Shown: positions 46,418 to 57,606, counted from the first letter of the stretch. The stretch: DNA of 64,000 nt from Gammaproteobacteria bacterium (GCA_038147295.1 JAYQTH010000001.1:1010-65009); one strand, 5' to 3'. The notes: generated by a model from the sequence alone, not told the origin. Made by a program: numbers and translations.

Positions 46418-49400
46418 ATGGGACGAGAGATTTTTATTGGGAATCAAAAGCTTGTTGTTGCAGGCCTCAAATCTGAAGGAAAAGAGGTCAAATTAGATAA
46501 CGAAAGCTTTTACAAAATCACCAATATTAATTCTATAAGGCCTTTTTTTATTAGCATCGCAAGTTCCGATGATCACTGGTTGTTTGTTAGCAGCAACGGT
46601 GGCGTTAGCGCAGGAAGAGGCAATTCAAATAATGCACTTTTTCCATACTACACCGATGATAAAATCACAGAAAACTTTGAAAATACTGGACCTAAAACAA
46701 TATTCCATATTGAGAAAGGGAATAAAGTGCTTTTGTGGGAACCGTTTTCAAATAATTATCTTGGAACATATAAAATTCAGCAAAATCTTTATAAAAACCT
46801 TACAGGCAATAAGGTAATTTTTGAGGAAATCAATAATGATCTGGGTCTTGCTTTTTCCTATCAATGGACTACTTCCAAAACATTTGGATTTATAAGAACT
46901 GCAAAATTAGTAAACATAAAAAATAAGACAACAAAGATAAATGCACTTGATGGCATACAGAATATTCTTCCCTGGGGCGTTGATGAAGGCATGCAAGTTA
47001 ATAGCAGCAATTTGGTTGATGCTTATAAAAGAAGTGAATTGGAACCAAAGGGGAAAATAGGAATCTTTGCTTTAAGTGCTGTGATAGTAGATAAAGCGGA
47101 ACCAAGCGAGGCATTAAAATCAAACGTGGTCTGGTCTCCAGATTTTCAATCTGCTTCAAGATTGCTCTCAAACCTTCAAATTAATAATTTTAGATATGGC
47201 TCTGTTGTGAAGACAGAAGAAGATATCAAGGGTGAGCGCGGCTCTTATTTCATTAACTTCAAAGCCAATTTAAAACCAAAACAAATAAAAGAGTGGCAAA
47301 TAATAGCTGACATTGGGCTTGACCATTCTGGAGTGGCTAAATTAGAAAAAAATATAAGGCAAAGTAAAAAATTAAAGGCAGACATCAGTAAAGATATCGA
47401 TGTAGGTCAAAGTGAGTTAGTAAAACTTATCTCATCGTCTGACGGAATTCAAAAAACTCAAGATAGAAACAGAAATATCAGACATTTCTCAAATACCTTA
47501 TTCAATATTATGCGAGGTGGGATCTTTGATAATAATTACCAGGTCAATAAAGCTGATTTTTTAAAGTATCTTAAAAAAGCAAACAAACAAGTTTTCAAGA
47601 AATATTCAGCTGTTATTGAAACCTTGCCCAATAACTTTCATTTTTCCAAGCTTTTGAATTTTTGCAGTGAACGAAGTACAGACTTCTTAAGACTTATCAC
47701 AGAATACATGCCAATAAAATTTAGTCGAAGGCATGGAGATCCAAGTCGACCATGGAATAAATTTGATATCAGAATGCGGGATAAGAATACAGGTGAGAAA
47801 ATACTAGATTACCAAGGAAATTGGCGTGATATTTTTCAAAATTGGGAAGCGCTTGCGGCCTCCTACCCTGAATTCATATTCTCAATGATCTTTAGGTTTC
47901 TTAACGCCTCAACAGCCGATGGATATAATCCTTACCGACTGACAAAGGATGGTTTTGATTGGGAAACTTTGGAGGCAGATAACCCTTGGTCCTATATAGG
48001 ATACTGGGGCGATCATCAAATAATTTATCTCTTAAAGTTTTTAGAATTTTCTGAAAAATATTTTCCTGATGGGCTGCAAAAATACTTTAATAGAAATATT
48101 TTTGTCTACGCTAATGTGCCGTACAAAATAAAAGGTTTCAGCCACATACTTAAAGATCCAAAAAATACCATAGATTTTGATTACCAAGAGGAAGAGAAAA
48201 TTCTCAATTTAAAATCAAAGATTGGGTCAGATGGTGCTCTTCTGCACAGCTCTAAAAACAAGATAATTTATGCCAGCTTAATTGAGAAACTTCTGGTGCC
48301 GTTGCTTGCTAAAGTATCAAACTTTATTCCTGATGCTGGAATTTGGATGAATACTCAGCGACCTGAGTGGAACGATGCTAATAATGCCTTAGTTGGTAAT
48401 GGTGTATCCATGGTCACATTGTGTTACATGAGAAGGTTTACCAGCCACTTTAAAGATATGGTGAGCAAATCTAACGACGAATTATTCATAGTGTCTCAAG
48501 AAGCAGCTGTGCTTTTTAGCAGTTTGGCAAAAATTTTAAAAGATACTGAAACAAGAACCTCAAAAAGAATAACTAATATTAAGAGACTTGAGATTGCAAA
48601 AAAATTAGGCAAAAAGGCTCAAGACTATCGAAGTTCAATTTATCAGAATTCTTTTTCAGGGGAAAAACAGACTATATCGAAGAGCAACTTAGTTGGCTTT
48701 CTTGAAAGCCTGAACCTTCATTTGGATAGAACTATCAAAATTAACAAAAGAGAGGATGGCATGTATCATGCTTACAACCTTATAAGCCATGAAAAAAATG
48801 GCTTAGCAGTATCGCATTTACCGTTGATGCTTGAAGGTCAAGTGGCAGTTCTAAGTTCAGGCTATCTTGAAGCAAATGAGTCGCTATCGGTATTAGATAA
48901 TCTAAAAGGAAGTGAACTGTTCAGAAAAGATCAATACAGTTATTTGCTTTACCCAGCTAAACAGTTGCCAGGATTTCTGGAAAAAAATATAGTTCCAAAA
49001 AAATTATTCAAAACATCAATGCTGCTCCAAATGTTGGTTAAAGATAAAAACCCATCTGTCGTTACTAAAGATGTTAATGGCCATGTGCATTTTAATGGCA
49101 CATTTAACAACGTGGATTCATTAAATACTGCTTTAGATGAATTGCCCAACCAATATAAAAAACTTGTTCAGGCAGAAAGACACAAAATAGAAAATATATT
49201 TGAGCAAGTATTTAATCACAAAGCATTTACAGGCAGATCAGGCACTTTCTATGGTTACGAAGGCTTAGGATCAATTTATTGGCATATGGTATCCAAACTC
49301 TTATTGGCAGTGCAGGAAGTCACACTAAGTGAAATCAAACAAGGTGGTGATAAAAGAAATATTGGGCGTTTATTTGATCACTATTTTGAAATCAATGAAG

Positions 49401-49867
49401 GAATAGGGGCAAATAAATCACCTGCTTTGTATGGAGCAATTCCAACTGATCCATATTCACATACTCCTGCTGGTAAAGGAGCTCAACAACCAGGCATGAC
49501 AGGACAAGTCAAAGAAGATATCTTATCTCGAAATGGTGAGATGGGCTTAGATGTCATCAATGGAGCCATTAGTTTTAACCCAAGAATGCTTCGTAAGAGC
49601 GAGTTCCTAGAAAAACAATCGACCTTCAGTTTTTATGATATTAAAGGGCAACTGCAAACAATAGATTTAAGCAAAAATAGTCTTGCTTTTACAGTTTGTC
49701 AGGTGCCAGTAATCTATGAGCTAGCAAAAAATGAGGGTGTTGAAGTTTTCTTTAGGAATAAATCAGTTGAGAAATTTTCCAATCTAAACCTATCTCAAAA
49801 AGTCAGTAAAAAGATTTTTAAAAGAGATGGTTCAGTAGAAAAAGTCGTAGTAAAAATAAAAAAATAA
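46418..49867 (+). CDS. GH149 beta-1,3-glucan phosphorylase
   Basis: 1149 aa; FSRRHGDPSRPWN, GNWRDIFQNWEAL, NTQRPEWNDANNALVG, YEGLGSIYWHM, QQPGMTGQVKED; adjacent to GH17 genes. Confidence 0.85.
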   Translation: MGREIFIGNQKLVVAGLKSEGKEVKLDNESFYKITNINSIRPFFISIASSDDHWLFVSSNGGVSAGRGNSNNALFPYYTDDKITENFENTGPKTIFHIEKGNKVLLWEPFSNNYLGTYKIQQNLYKNLTGNKVIFEEINNDLGLAFSYQWTTSKTFGFIRTAKLVNIKNKTTKINALDGIQNILPWGVDEGMQVNSSNLVDAYKRSELEPKGKIGIFALSAVIVDKAEPSEALKSNVVWSPDFQSASRLLSNLQINNFRYGSVVKTEEDIKGERGSYFINFKANLKPKQIKEWQIIADIGLDHSGVAKLEKNIRQSKKLKADISKDIDVGQSELVKLISSSDGIQKTQDRNRNIRHFSNTLFNIMRGGIFDNNYQVNKADFLKYLKKANKQVFKKYSAVIETLPNNFHFSKLLNFCSERSTDFLRLITEYMPIKFSRRHGDPSRPWNKFDIRMRDKNTGEKILDYQGNWRDIFQNWEALAASYPEFIFSMIFRFLNASTADGYNPYRLTKDGFDWETLEADNPWSYIGYWGDHQIIYLLKFLEFSEKYFPDGLQKYFNRNIFVYANVPYKIKGFSHILKDPKNTIDFDYQEEEKILNLKSKIGSDGALLHSSKNKIIYASLIEKLLVPLLAKVSNFIPDAGIWMNTQRPEWNDANNALVGNGVSMVTLCYMRRFTSHFKDMVSKSNDELFIVSQEAAVLFSSLAKILKDTETRTSKRITNIKRLEIAKKLGKKAQDYRSSIYQNSFSGEKQTISKSNLVGFLESLNLHLDRTIKINKREDGMYHAYNLISHEKNGLAVSHLPLMLEGQVAVLSSGYLEANESLSVLDNLKGSELFRKDQYSYLLYPAKQLPGFLEKNIVPKKLFKTSMLLQMLVKDKNPSVVTKDVNGHVHFNGTFNNVDSLNTALDELPNQYKKLVQAERHKIENIFEQVFNHKAFTGRSGTFYGYEGLGSIYWHMVSKLLLAVQEVTLSEIKQGGDKRNIGRLFDHYFEINEGIGANKSPALYGAIPTDPYSHTPAGKGAQQPGMTGQVKEDILSRNGEMGLDVINGAISFNPRMLRKSEFLEKQSTFSFYDIKGQLQTIDLSKNSLAFTVCQVPVIYELAKNEGVEVFFRNKSVEKFSNLNLSQKVSKKIFKRDGSVEKVVVKIKK

Positions 49868-49893
49868 GCAGCCTCTAAAAACTAGAGACTGCT
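49867..49893. terminator. Hairpin between convergent genes, putative terminator
   Basis: AGCAG-C-CTCTA-AAAAC-TAGAG-A-CTGCT. Confidence 0.55.
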
Positions 49894-49902
49894 AAAGAAA
49901 TT

Positions 49903-52350
49903 TTACTGATCGAAAAAGTTATCAACTTTCCAATTCAAATAAGCAAAGTGAGGATCACGCCTATAGCTAGCAGCAAACTTTTGTATTTGAATTAAGCTGT
50001 TATAAATAGCAACTTTTGCAATCTCATCGTACTGTGCTGGAGGTCTGCCACCGCCAGGACCGCCACGTGGTGCAGGTGGAGACATTGCGCCAATTAACGC
50101 ATCAACGTACTTTGATTGAAGGTTTCTTTTGTAGGTATCTGGAACTTCACCTTTGACAAAAATTCCATTGAATAAGTCTGCTAAGACTTCTTCAGGCATG
50201 TATGTATTTCCATACTCAGCTGAATCAACAAGCCTCGTCATTACAGCTGGGTTCAATACATGAGCCAATACTCTTGTTTGCATTCCAAGAACTAAAGAAT
50301 GTAGCTGTGGATCTTCATTGCCATCGCCACCATAACTTGTAGCTCTCTTCTCTCTTTGTAGATTCTTTAAAATCGATGGATCAAAAGTCCATACCCCATT
50401 TGAAAGAAATTGATCAACAATTAGATTCATTGCTTCTTTTTGGTTGGCATAGGAAACAGGTACATAAGCATCGATACCATCTTGTCCATTGACTACTTTG
50501 GTTGCATAGACGCCACCAATTTGTCTTGAAACTGCATCCATAAACCTACCCTTCTCTCTTACCAAGCTAAAGAAAGTATTGGCAAAGTCATTTTTGGTTT
50601 CTCCCTCGTCATTAAATATTGATGGCAATTCAGCAATCTTATTGTCTAATACTTGAAAGCGACCTTTGGTGTATTCGACAACTTCACTCGACATATCATA
50701 CCTTTTAACTCTTGGGTCAATATTTCTACCAGGGCTAGACATTGCATCGCCATCGGTTCCATAAAGGTTTTCGCCTAATACGGATAAGGCCAACAATTCA
50801 TCTCTTTCTACACCTGTTAGGTTTGGCTTATAACCAAACTCAACTGCCCACTCATCATATGGTCCTGGTGCAGTTGGAAAAAATCTACCTTGTTCTAACC
50901 CTGGAGGAGCTAAATTTATTGGGTCGTAGTCCATAACAGAACCAATGGTTGCTTCGCCTGTAAGTTCTGCATTATGAATCTCAGTAGCATTGTAAAGATA
51001 ACTAGCTGCAAAGTTATGTCTAAGTCCTAGTGTATGACCAACTTCATGCAAAGTTAAACTCACTATCCATTGCTCTAATGGATCGTTTTCAGGCGTCCAG
51101 CCCCAGATCTTTCTATACTGATACCCTCTTTTGATAGCATTAAATTCTTGAACAATGTCAGCAGCAATTAATTCACCAGTTCTTGGGTTGCCAATGCTAG
51201 GACCGTATCCAGAAAATGATGGTCTAGGTGAAGATGACCATCTGACAACGTTGTATCTAACATCACCAGCATCCCAGTCTGAGTCATCGGGCTGTATTTT
51301 TGCAACGATAGCATTTTTAAATCCAGCTTTCTCAAAAGCACTATTCCAGCCTTCTATGCCTTTAACAACAAACGGCTTGATTTCCTCTGGTGTTGATTTT
51401 TCTACCCAGAATACGATGGGTTCAACAGGCTCTGATAGTTCGGCAGTTGGATCTTTTTTTACCAATCTCCACTTATTAATTAAATCACGTTGTGGGTATA
51501 AATCGTAAGTTGATAGATCGGTAACTCTTTGTGAAAAATAACCAACTCTTTGATCTGCAACTCTTGGCTCGAAATTGGCATCAGGCATTTCAACAAAAAG
51601 ATGTCTTGCACTTATTGCGTTGTATCTAATGTCGGCAACTGCGTAAACAGGTTCACGGCCTCTTGGAGCTGGATTAAAGAAACCAAAGTTAACCTCTACT
51701 GCCGTATTCTTCTCATAGTTTCTTACTTGATTTACATAGGTTTTGCTTTTATCTAAGTTGCCCAAATTAAGATCTACAAAATCTCTATACTCTGGGGGGA
51801 GATTGGGAGAGACACTTGTGAGCATCTCTGAGAGAAATAATTTGTCGGCTGAAATTAAATATCTACCCTCTTCCTCTACAACAGGAGTGAAGTCTGAAAG
51901 AAATGAGTCAAAAATATTGGTTAAGTCGGCCTTTGCAATATTGTTGTCTGTTTCGTTAGAAAAGTTGGTGTTGTTTTTATAAAGACCCAAACGATCTTTG
52001 AATTTTCTAAATTCTAATATTGCTCCATCACCAATTGCTCCACCTGTTACCCCAGCAGCTTGTGGACCATTAAGCACATAAGCAAAGTAAATAAATTCTT
52101 TATTTAAATCTGAATCTGCTAGCTCAAGATAATACTTATCTTTTTCAGTGTCTTTATAAAGTTTTAGGAAACCATCTATTAATTCATATTCTCCATCTTC
52201 GAGAAACTCTTCTATAGTTTCATATTCCTTTTTCTCTGGTTTGCCCATCATGCTCATGTTTGGCATGCCACCCTCAACTCCTTCGGGCATGGTTGGTGGT
52301 TCTTGTGAATAAGCGCTTAGGCTCAAAATTAGTAAAAATAATATTCTCAT
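49903..52350 (-). CDS. Secreted zinc metalloprotease (DUF5117/DUF4953, EcxA-like metzincin)
   Basis: Signal peptide, PR.AD.RVGYF, HEVGHTLGLRHNF zinc motif, SVMDY Met-turn. Confidence 0.88.
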   Translation of the reverse strand: MRILFLLILSLSAYSQEPPTMPEGVEGGMPNMSMMGKPEKKEYETIEEFLEDGEYELIDGFLKLYKDTEKDKYYLELADSDLNKEFIYFAYVLNGPQAAGVTGGAIGDGAILEFRKFKDRLGLYKNNTNFSNETDNNIAKADLTNIFDSFLSDFTPVVEEEGRYLISADKLFLSEMLTSVSPNLPPEYRDFVDLNLGNLDKSKTYVNQVRNYEKNTAVEVNFGFFNPAPRGREPVYAVADIRYNAISARHLFVEMPDANFEPRVADQRVGYFSQRVTDLSTYDLYPQRDLINKWRLVKKDPTAELSEPVEPIVFWVEKSTPEEIKPFVVKGIEGWNSAFEKAGFKNAIVAKIQPDDSDWDAGDVRYNVVRWSSSPRPSFSGYGPSIGNPRTGELIAADIVQEFNAIKRGYQYRKIWGWTPENDPLEQWIVSLTLHEVGHTLGLRHNFAASYLYNATEIHNAELTGEATIGSVMDYDPINLAPPGLEQGRFFPTAPGPYDEWAVEFGYKPNLTGVERDELLALSVLGENLYGTDGDAMSSPGRNIDPRVKRYDMSSEVVEYTKGRFQVLDNKIAELPSIFNDEGETKNDFANTFFSLVREKGRFMDAVSRQIGGVYATKVVNGQDGIDAYVPVSYANQKEAMNLIVDQFLSNGVWTFDPSILKNLQREKRATSYGGDGNEDPQLHSLVLGMQTRVLAHVLNPAVMTRLVDSAEYGNTYMPEEVLADLFNGIFVKGEVPDTYKRNLQSKYVDALIGAMSPPAPRGGPGGGRPPAQYDEIAKVAIYNSLIQIQKFAASYRRDPHFAYLNWKVDNFFDQ

Positions 52351-52452
52351 ATATTCTCCTTATTTACCCTTTGTTATTGTTACTCTCTATATATTGCTTT
52401 AGTTGCAAAATTTAAGAGGAAAACAAGATTAACACATTAAATATTGTCTGTG

Positions 52453-53532
52453 CTACTTGTTAAAAATAATTTTTTCTGAGTCAATTGGTAGAATTACTGT
52501 CGTACCATCAACGGCATATTCCCAGTTGGAGAAGTTCTTATCTACACCACGAAATAGTATATCTGCCATTATCTTGTCAATGGGAGGTTGAGGAGTTGGG
52601 ATTAAGTGATAATAGACAAGCATATCAACGTTACTAAGACTTGCTATCTCTGCTACTTCTAGAGGGGTAGCATGATAGCTCTCAATATCGGTGAAGATTT
52701 TTGAGCCGTAACGGGCAATATTGTTATCAAACTCTTCTCCAAGATCGGCAAGAGTTTTAGACATCCTTCTTGTTAAATCGTATGAAATAGCTTCATGAAA
52801 CAGCACATCAGCCTTTTGAGAATTTTTAATTAAATTTGTACTGTAATTTGTATCACCACTAATAACAATGGAACGACCTTTGTAGTCAAACCTAAAGCCA
52901 TAAGCAGGATCCACAGGTTCATGTTCTACCCTAAATGCTGTAACTTGCAAATCGCCATTGTCAAAAATAACGGAATCGTCCTGTATGGTTATAGGATTAA
53001 AGCCAACGACATCTAGGGGCGTTACTAAATCTCCATGGTGTGCATTTCTAAATTCGTAATCGTGTTTATAGGTCATCTCAAAACCTTTAGTAACATCCTC
53101 AATGCCTTCAGGCCCATAAACTGTAAGTTTGCTTTCCCTCTCTCTTGTAACCCAGGTCATTAAATGAAGATCAGCTAAATCGGAAATATGGTCTGAGTGA
53201 TTGTGGGTAATGAACACAGCTTTTACGTCTTCGAATGGGGTGTTCCAGCGTGATAAATTAGCTACACTACCATCTCCTACATCTACAACATATAGATCTT
53301 CACCCGCCTTAATTAATATGCATGCTTGAGCGCTATTAGAAGCTAAGGGAGAGCCTGAGCCACAGACCCTTGCTGAAAGTGTGTCTTCTTTTTCTTCCTG
53401 CAAAGTTGCTAATAACCTCATTTTAATAGCTGTTTCGTACACATGGTTTTGTACTGCTGGTACTTTTAATGCCAACCAGAATGCAATGACTAGCAACAAA
53501 AGAATAATAATTATATTTCTTAATAACTTCAT
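52453..53532 (-). CDS. MBL-fold metallohydrolase (RNase Z/AtsA-like) with N-terminal membrane anchor
   Basis: GSGSP, THNHSDH, VEH.PV.PA, ISGDT, HEA, YH. Confidence 0.85.
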   Translation of the reverse strand: MKLLRNIIIILLLLVIAFWLALKVPAVQNHVYETAIKMRLLATLQEEKEDTLSARVCGSGSPLASNSAQACILIKAGEDLYVVDVGDGSVANLSRWNTPFEDVKAVFITHNHSDHISDLADLHLMTWVTRERESKLTVYGPEGIEDVTKGFEMTYKHDYEFRNAHHGDLVTPLDVVGFNPITIQDDSVIFDNGDLQVTAFRVEHEPVDPAYGFRFDYKGRSIVISGDTNYSTNLIKNSQKADVLFHEAISYDLTRRMSKTLADLGEEFDNNIARYGSKIFTDIESYHATPLEVAEIASLSNVDMLVYYHLIPTPQPPIDKIMADILFRGVDKNFSNWEYAVDGTTVILPIDSEKIIFNK

Positions 53533-53984
53533 TTTGATTTCTTCAAAGACAATACAAAGAAAATACTCAATAAACCAAGAGCGTATGGTGCGTAAATAAC
53601 ACCAGGCGTTGGTGCAGTTCTGTAACTGTCATCTAATCCATGCCAAGATGAAATTAGGGTTATTCTTAAAGCCCATTCCAATAACCAAATTAAGTACATA
53701 AAAGATAAAAGGCTTTTGTATTTGATTAATATTACCCAGCTAATAAGGCATAACAAAACTTGGACCTCTCCCCAAAGTGAGCCAAAAAGATAGATCACTT
53801 GATTTGGATCTGGAGTGCCTTCAAAAACAATTAAATTAGCAATTGAATTTAGACCTGCATCCTCAGCTGTAAAATGCACAAAACTGCGCCATGTATTTAC
53901 AAGCATCCAGAGTATAAAAAAATAATAAGCAGACTTAGCGCCTAAATAATTGTTGTCTGCAACGTCAGGAAATAACTTATTCAT
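53529..53984 (-). CDS. Hypothetical membrane protein (about 4 TM)
   Basis: Hydrophobic ORF overlapping both neighbours in an operon. Confidence 0.7.
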   Translation of the reverse strand: MNKLFPDVADNNYLGAKSAYYFFILWMLVNTWRSFVHFTAEDAGLNSIANLIVFEGTPDPNQVIYLFGSLWGEVQVLLCLISWVILIKYKSLLSFMYLIWLLEWALRITLISSWHGLDDSYRTAPTPGVIYAPYALGLLSIFFVLSLKKSK

Positions 53985-54384
53985 CTTGAGTAATTATATT
54001 CAGCTGGCCCTCCAACCCTGCACTTCTGTGTTTCTCGCTAACCAAATAGTCTTCGTTGGTAAACATTGTGATCATCGCTGTCTTGTTGGGGTATTGTGCA
54101 ATTGCTACTTGATCCCAAAGTTCCTCAACTTCACCTAGCAAGAGACCTTTAACTTTACCCCAAAAAATTATCTTACCGCCAACTTTGGCTAAATGATTAA
54201 TAACTTCTTCAGAATAAATATTGTAGGCTTCTTCCCCAGTTAAATCCGTTTCTCTCTTATCTTTATATTCAGCTTTATTTTTAAACTTCAGTAAGTTAAC
54301 CATTTTGATGGGTTTATCATCAGGAAACTCCATAAACATTTTCATTTGCTCTTCTGTCGGTCTTAGCGAATTAAGTACAATCAT
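53977..54384 (-). CDS. DUF1330-family protein
   Basis: PI.MVNLLKF, G.EAY..Y, WD.VAI.QYP, HR.AGL. Confidence 0.8.
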   Translation of the reverse strand: MIVLNSLRPTEEQMKMFMEFPDDKPIKMVNLLKFKNKAEYKDKRETDLTGEEAYNIYSEEVINHLAKVGGKIIFWGKVKGLLLGEVEELWDQVAIAQYPNKTAMITMFTNEDYLVSEKHRSAGLEGQLNIITQDE

Positions 54385-55472
54385 TTACTTCCTTTAATAA
54401 ATTTAATCAAAATGTTTGATAGTTTTTCAGGTTTAGTCCATTGAAAAAAATGGCCACCCCCTATCTTTTCTGCACTAATAGCATTGGGCGCCATTCTTAA
54501 AACATCCTTTTCAATGCCATTAGTCACTGGATCATTACCTGCAAAAACTGATAAAAATGGTTTATTTGATGTTTTGAAAAACTCCCTAGCTACTCTTTGT
54601 GCTTCCAATGACTTATCAGGAATTATGGGCACTTGGCTTGGCATGGCTCTGGGTCCCATTTTATAACTTGGATTTGGGAAAGGCGCTTCATATGCCTTAA
54701 TTAAGTCTGTTTTAAAGGGAGCTATTTTTTCTAAGCCCATCCTTTGAAATAAATAATAAATAAATCTTCCAATTTGCGAGCCTCGCTCCATCTGCAATGA
54801 GTTGACTAATCCAAAGGCTGGATCAACGGTGTCCCATGTCCATTTCTGCCACCACATGAACTTTAAAGCTGGATGTGTTCTTACGCTTTTATCAAGGCTT
54901 AAACTTTTCTTATCCATTTTTGATACTTCTTCCCCCATTTTGAATATTGAGTACTTTTTCTTGCTTGCTCTAAATGCATGAACTTTATCTATTACCTCCT
55001 GGCCAACGTCAGGGTTATATGGCAAGCCAGTGTTCCCAACTGCTACTTTTATAAAGCGGTCAGGGTCTGCTGCCACCATACGCAAACCGATTAAACCTCC
55101 CCAATCTTGCCCAAAAAATGTCAGATTATTAAAATCATTTTCCTTTAACCAAGCTCCCATCCAATCAACTTGGTTCTGATAAGAATAATCTTCTCGAGCA
55201 GCTGGTTTATCAGATTTGCCGTAACCCACAAGATCAGGTGCTATTACCCTTATGCCTGCCTTTGTAAGGTAAGGCAACATACGTATGTACAAATAGCTCC
55301 ATACTGGTTGGCCATGCATCGCTAACAATATAGGTCCATCCTTTGGCCCCTCATCTATGTGATGAATTCTTAGCTCGGTACCATCTGTTGTCTTTATATT
55401 GGTATAAACAGGCTTATATGGGTATTCCTTTAAGTCTTTAAAACAAGAATCTGGCGTTCTTAAAACTTTCAT
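54381..55472 (-). CDS. Haloalkane dehalogenase-like alpha/beta hydrolase (start reassigned to ATG at 55472)
   Basis: LRTPD..F, HGQP.WSYLY, PDLVGYGKSDKP, QDWGG (Asp nucleophile), AY.APFP, GHFFQ. Confidence 0.85.
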   Translation of the reverse strand: MKVLRTPDSCFKDLKEYPYKPVYTNIKTTDGTELRIHHIDEGPKDGPILLAMHGQPVWSYLYIRMLPYLTKAGIRVIAPDLVGYGKSDKPAAREDYSYQNQVDWMGAWLKENDFNNLTFFGQDWGGLIGLRMVAADPDRFIKVAVGNTGLPYNPDVGQEVIDKVHAFRASKKKYSIFKMGEEVSKMDKKSLSLDKSVRTHPALKFMWWQKWTWDTVDPAFGLVNSLQMERGSQIGRFIYYLFQRMGLEKIAPFKTDLIKAYEAPFPNPSYKMGPRAMPSQVPIIPDKSLEAQRVAREFFKTSNKPFLSVFAGNDPVTNGIEKDVLRMAPNAISAEKIGGGHFFQWTKPEKLSNILIKFIKGSK

Positions 55473-56392
55473 AATTTTGCTTTCAACATTGCATCGCATA
55501 TTACGTTGAACTCAGCAATTGTTTCTTCAATGATATTTTTAACTGGTTTGACTTCATCGATTAAGCCAATTGATTGTCCTGCCAATGCTGGAGCTGCTTC
55601 CATATCACCATCAAAGTAAAGACTTTTGATACCACCCAAAGCAGACATATCCATAACACCTTTTTCATAGATTTCTTCAGTTAAGCTTGATTTTAAAGCT
55701 CTTATGCAAGGCCTACCCTTCTTATTCAGGATAAAAGTGCCCTCCTCTGTGGACTCAATGATTTTATTTTTATAATTGTCATGAACTGGACTCTCTAATG
55801 ATGAAACAAATCTTGTACCCATTTGAATTCCCTCTGCTCCAGCAGCAAAAGCTGCAGCCATGCCACGACCATCTACAATTCCGCCAGCAGCTACAATTGG
55901 AATATCGGTATGTTTCTTAATTGATTGTATGAGCACATGCAAACCAACCTCTTCAGAAGCTTTAAAGCCACCCCCTTCCGTTCCTTCGACCACCAAACCA
56001 TCAACTCCTGCATCTGCTGCCTTTAAAGCACCTTTCAAACTAGGCACAGCATGAAAAACAGTTATACCTGCATCTTTTAGAACATTGATGTATTTACTTG
56101 GATCACCAGCAGATGTAGTGACAAATTTAACTCCTGCCTCAGCAACAATATTGACCATTTTGTCATCAGCTAAAAAAAGTAATGGAAGGTTAACCCCAAA
56201 AGGCTGATCGGTTAATTCTGGCATTGCTTGAATTTCTGCAATGCAGTTTTCAACTTCTCCAGAGGAAGTTTCTATTATGCCAAGCCCTCCAGCGTTACAA
56301 ACTGCTGATGCAAGTTTGCGCCGTGCAATCCATCCCATTGGCGCTTGAATAATTGGATATCTTGAACCAGTAAGCTTAGTTACTCTATTCAC
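55469..56392 (-). CDS. Nitronate monooxygenase/FabK-like enoyl reductase
   Basis: [37 protein letters not shown]. Confidence 0.88.
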   Translation of the reverse strand: MNRVTKLTGSRYPIIQAPMGWIARRKLASAVCNAGGLGIIETSSGEVENCIAEIQAMPELTDQPFGVNLPLLFLADDKMVNIVAEAGVKFVTTSAGDPSKYINVLKDAGITVFHAVPSLKGALKAADAGVDGLVVEGTEGGGFKASEEVGLHVLIQSIKKHTDIPIVAAGGIVDGRGMAAAFAAGAEGIQMGTRFVSSLESPVHDNYKNKIIESTEEGTFILNKKGRPCIRALKSSLTEEIYEKGVMDMSALGGIKSLYFDGDMEAAPALAGQSIGLIDEVKPVKNIIEETIAEFNVICDAMLKAKL

Positions 56393-57606
56393 TTGTCTTC
56401 AGTAAATTGTTTGGCCAACTCAATTCTGGCAACGCTCCTTCTATGGACTTCATCAGGACCATCAGCTAGACGTAGGCAACGCATAAAGGAGTACATTTTA
56501 GCTAAAGGAAAGTCTTGTGAGACTCCTCCGCCTCCATGCATCTGAATAGCTCTATCAATAACATTGCAGGCAACATTTGGCGCCACAACTTTGATTTGTG
56601 CTATCTCGCTTGCAGCATGCTTATTGCCATATTTATCCATCATCCATGCTGCTTGCAAGGTCAACAGTCGTGCTTGATTGATTTCTATTCTAGAGTTGGC
56701 AATTACATCAAAGTTCCCACCCAGCCTTACTAACTCTTTGCCAAAAGCTGTTCTTTTGGTACCTCTGTTACACATCATCTCAAGAGCAACTTCAGCAGCT
56801 CCAATAGCTCTCATACAATGGTGAATTCGACCAGGCCCAAGTCTGCCTTGAGCAATCTCAAAACCTCGACCTTCTCCGAGAATGACGTTCTCATATGGGA
56901 CCTTAACGTTATTAAATTTTATATGCGCATGGCCATGTGGTGCATCATCGTAACCAAAGACATGCATCATTCTCTGAACTTCTACACCAGGTGTATCCAT
57001 TGGAACAAGAATCATTGAATGCCTTCTATGTCTATCATTATCAGGATTGGTCACACACATAAAGATGATAATCTTGCATCTGGGGTCTCCTGCACCTGAA
57101 GTCCACCATTTCTCTCCATTAATAACCCATTGACCATCAACAAGTTCAGCTTTGGCCTCCATATTCGTCGCATCGGATGAAGCAACGCTAGGCTCGGTCA
57201 TGCCAAACGCCGATCTAATTTCACCATTAAGAAGTGGCTTTAACCATTGATCTTGTTGCTCCTTGGAGCCATATCTAACAAGCACTTCCATATTGCCTGT
57301 ATCTGGTGCACTGCAATTCATGGACTCAGAAGCAAAAGTTGTTCTTCCCATTTGCTCAGCTAAATGTGCGTATTCAAAATTTGAGAGTCCGGCTCCTAGC
57401 TCACTATCTGGTAGAAATAAATTCCATAAGCCTCTTTTTTTTGCTTCCTCTTTTAGAGGCTCAAGTTCTTCGTGCGGCTGCCATCTATCTGAGCCAGTTT
57501 TTTCTTGCGCATGTATCTTCTTTTCAACAGGAATAACTTCTTCTTCAATAAACTGCTTAACTTTCGGTAAATAAAAATCTATTTTTTCTGTAGATTCAAA
57601 GTTCAT
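56389..57606 (-). CDS. Acyl-CoA dehydrogenase (ACAD10/11-like; start reassigned to ATG at 57606)
   Basis: [43 protein letters not shown]. Confidence 0.93.
   Translation of the reverse strand: MNFESTEKIDFYLPKVKQFIEEEVIPVEKKIHAQEKTGSDRWQPHEELEPLKEEAKKRGLWNLFLPDSELGAGLSNFEYAHLAEQMGRTTFASESMNCSAPDTGNMEVLVRYGSKEQQDQWLKPLLNGEIRSAFGMTEPSVASSDATNMEAKAELVDGQWVINGEKWWTSGAGDPRCKIIIFMCVTNPDNDRHRRHSMILVPMDTPGVEVQRMMHVFGYDDAPHGHAHIKFNNVKVPYENVILGEGRGFEIAQGRLGPGRIHHCMRAIGAAEVALEMMCNRGTKRTAFGKELVRLGGNFDVIANSRIEINQARLLTLQAAWMMDKYGNKHAASEIAQIKVVAPNVACNVIDRAIQMHGGGGVSQDFPLAKMYSFMRCLRLADGPDEVHRRSVARIELAKQFTEDK

Noticed and set aside
41628-52350. Integrative genomic island at tRNA-Val(GAC)
   Set aside because: No integrase, no duplicated tRNA 3' end seen, and the locus lies on the 5' side of the tRNA
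54381-55472. Renilla-type luciferase or OleB assignment
   Set aside because: Motifs (LRTPD, GKSDKP) fit the DhlA-like subfamily better, and there are no ole genes nearby
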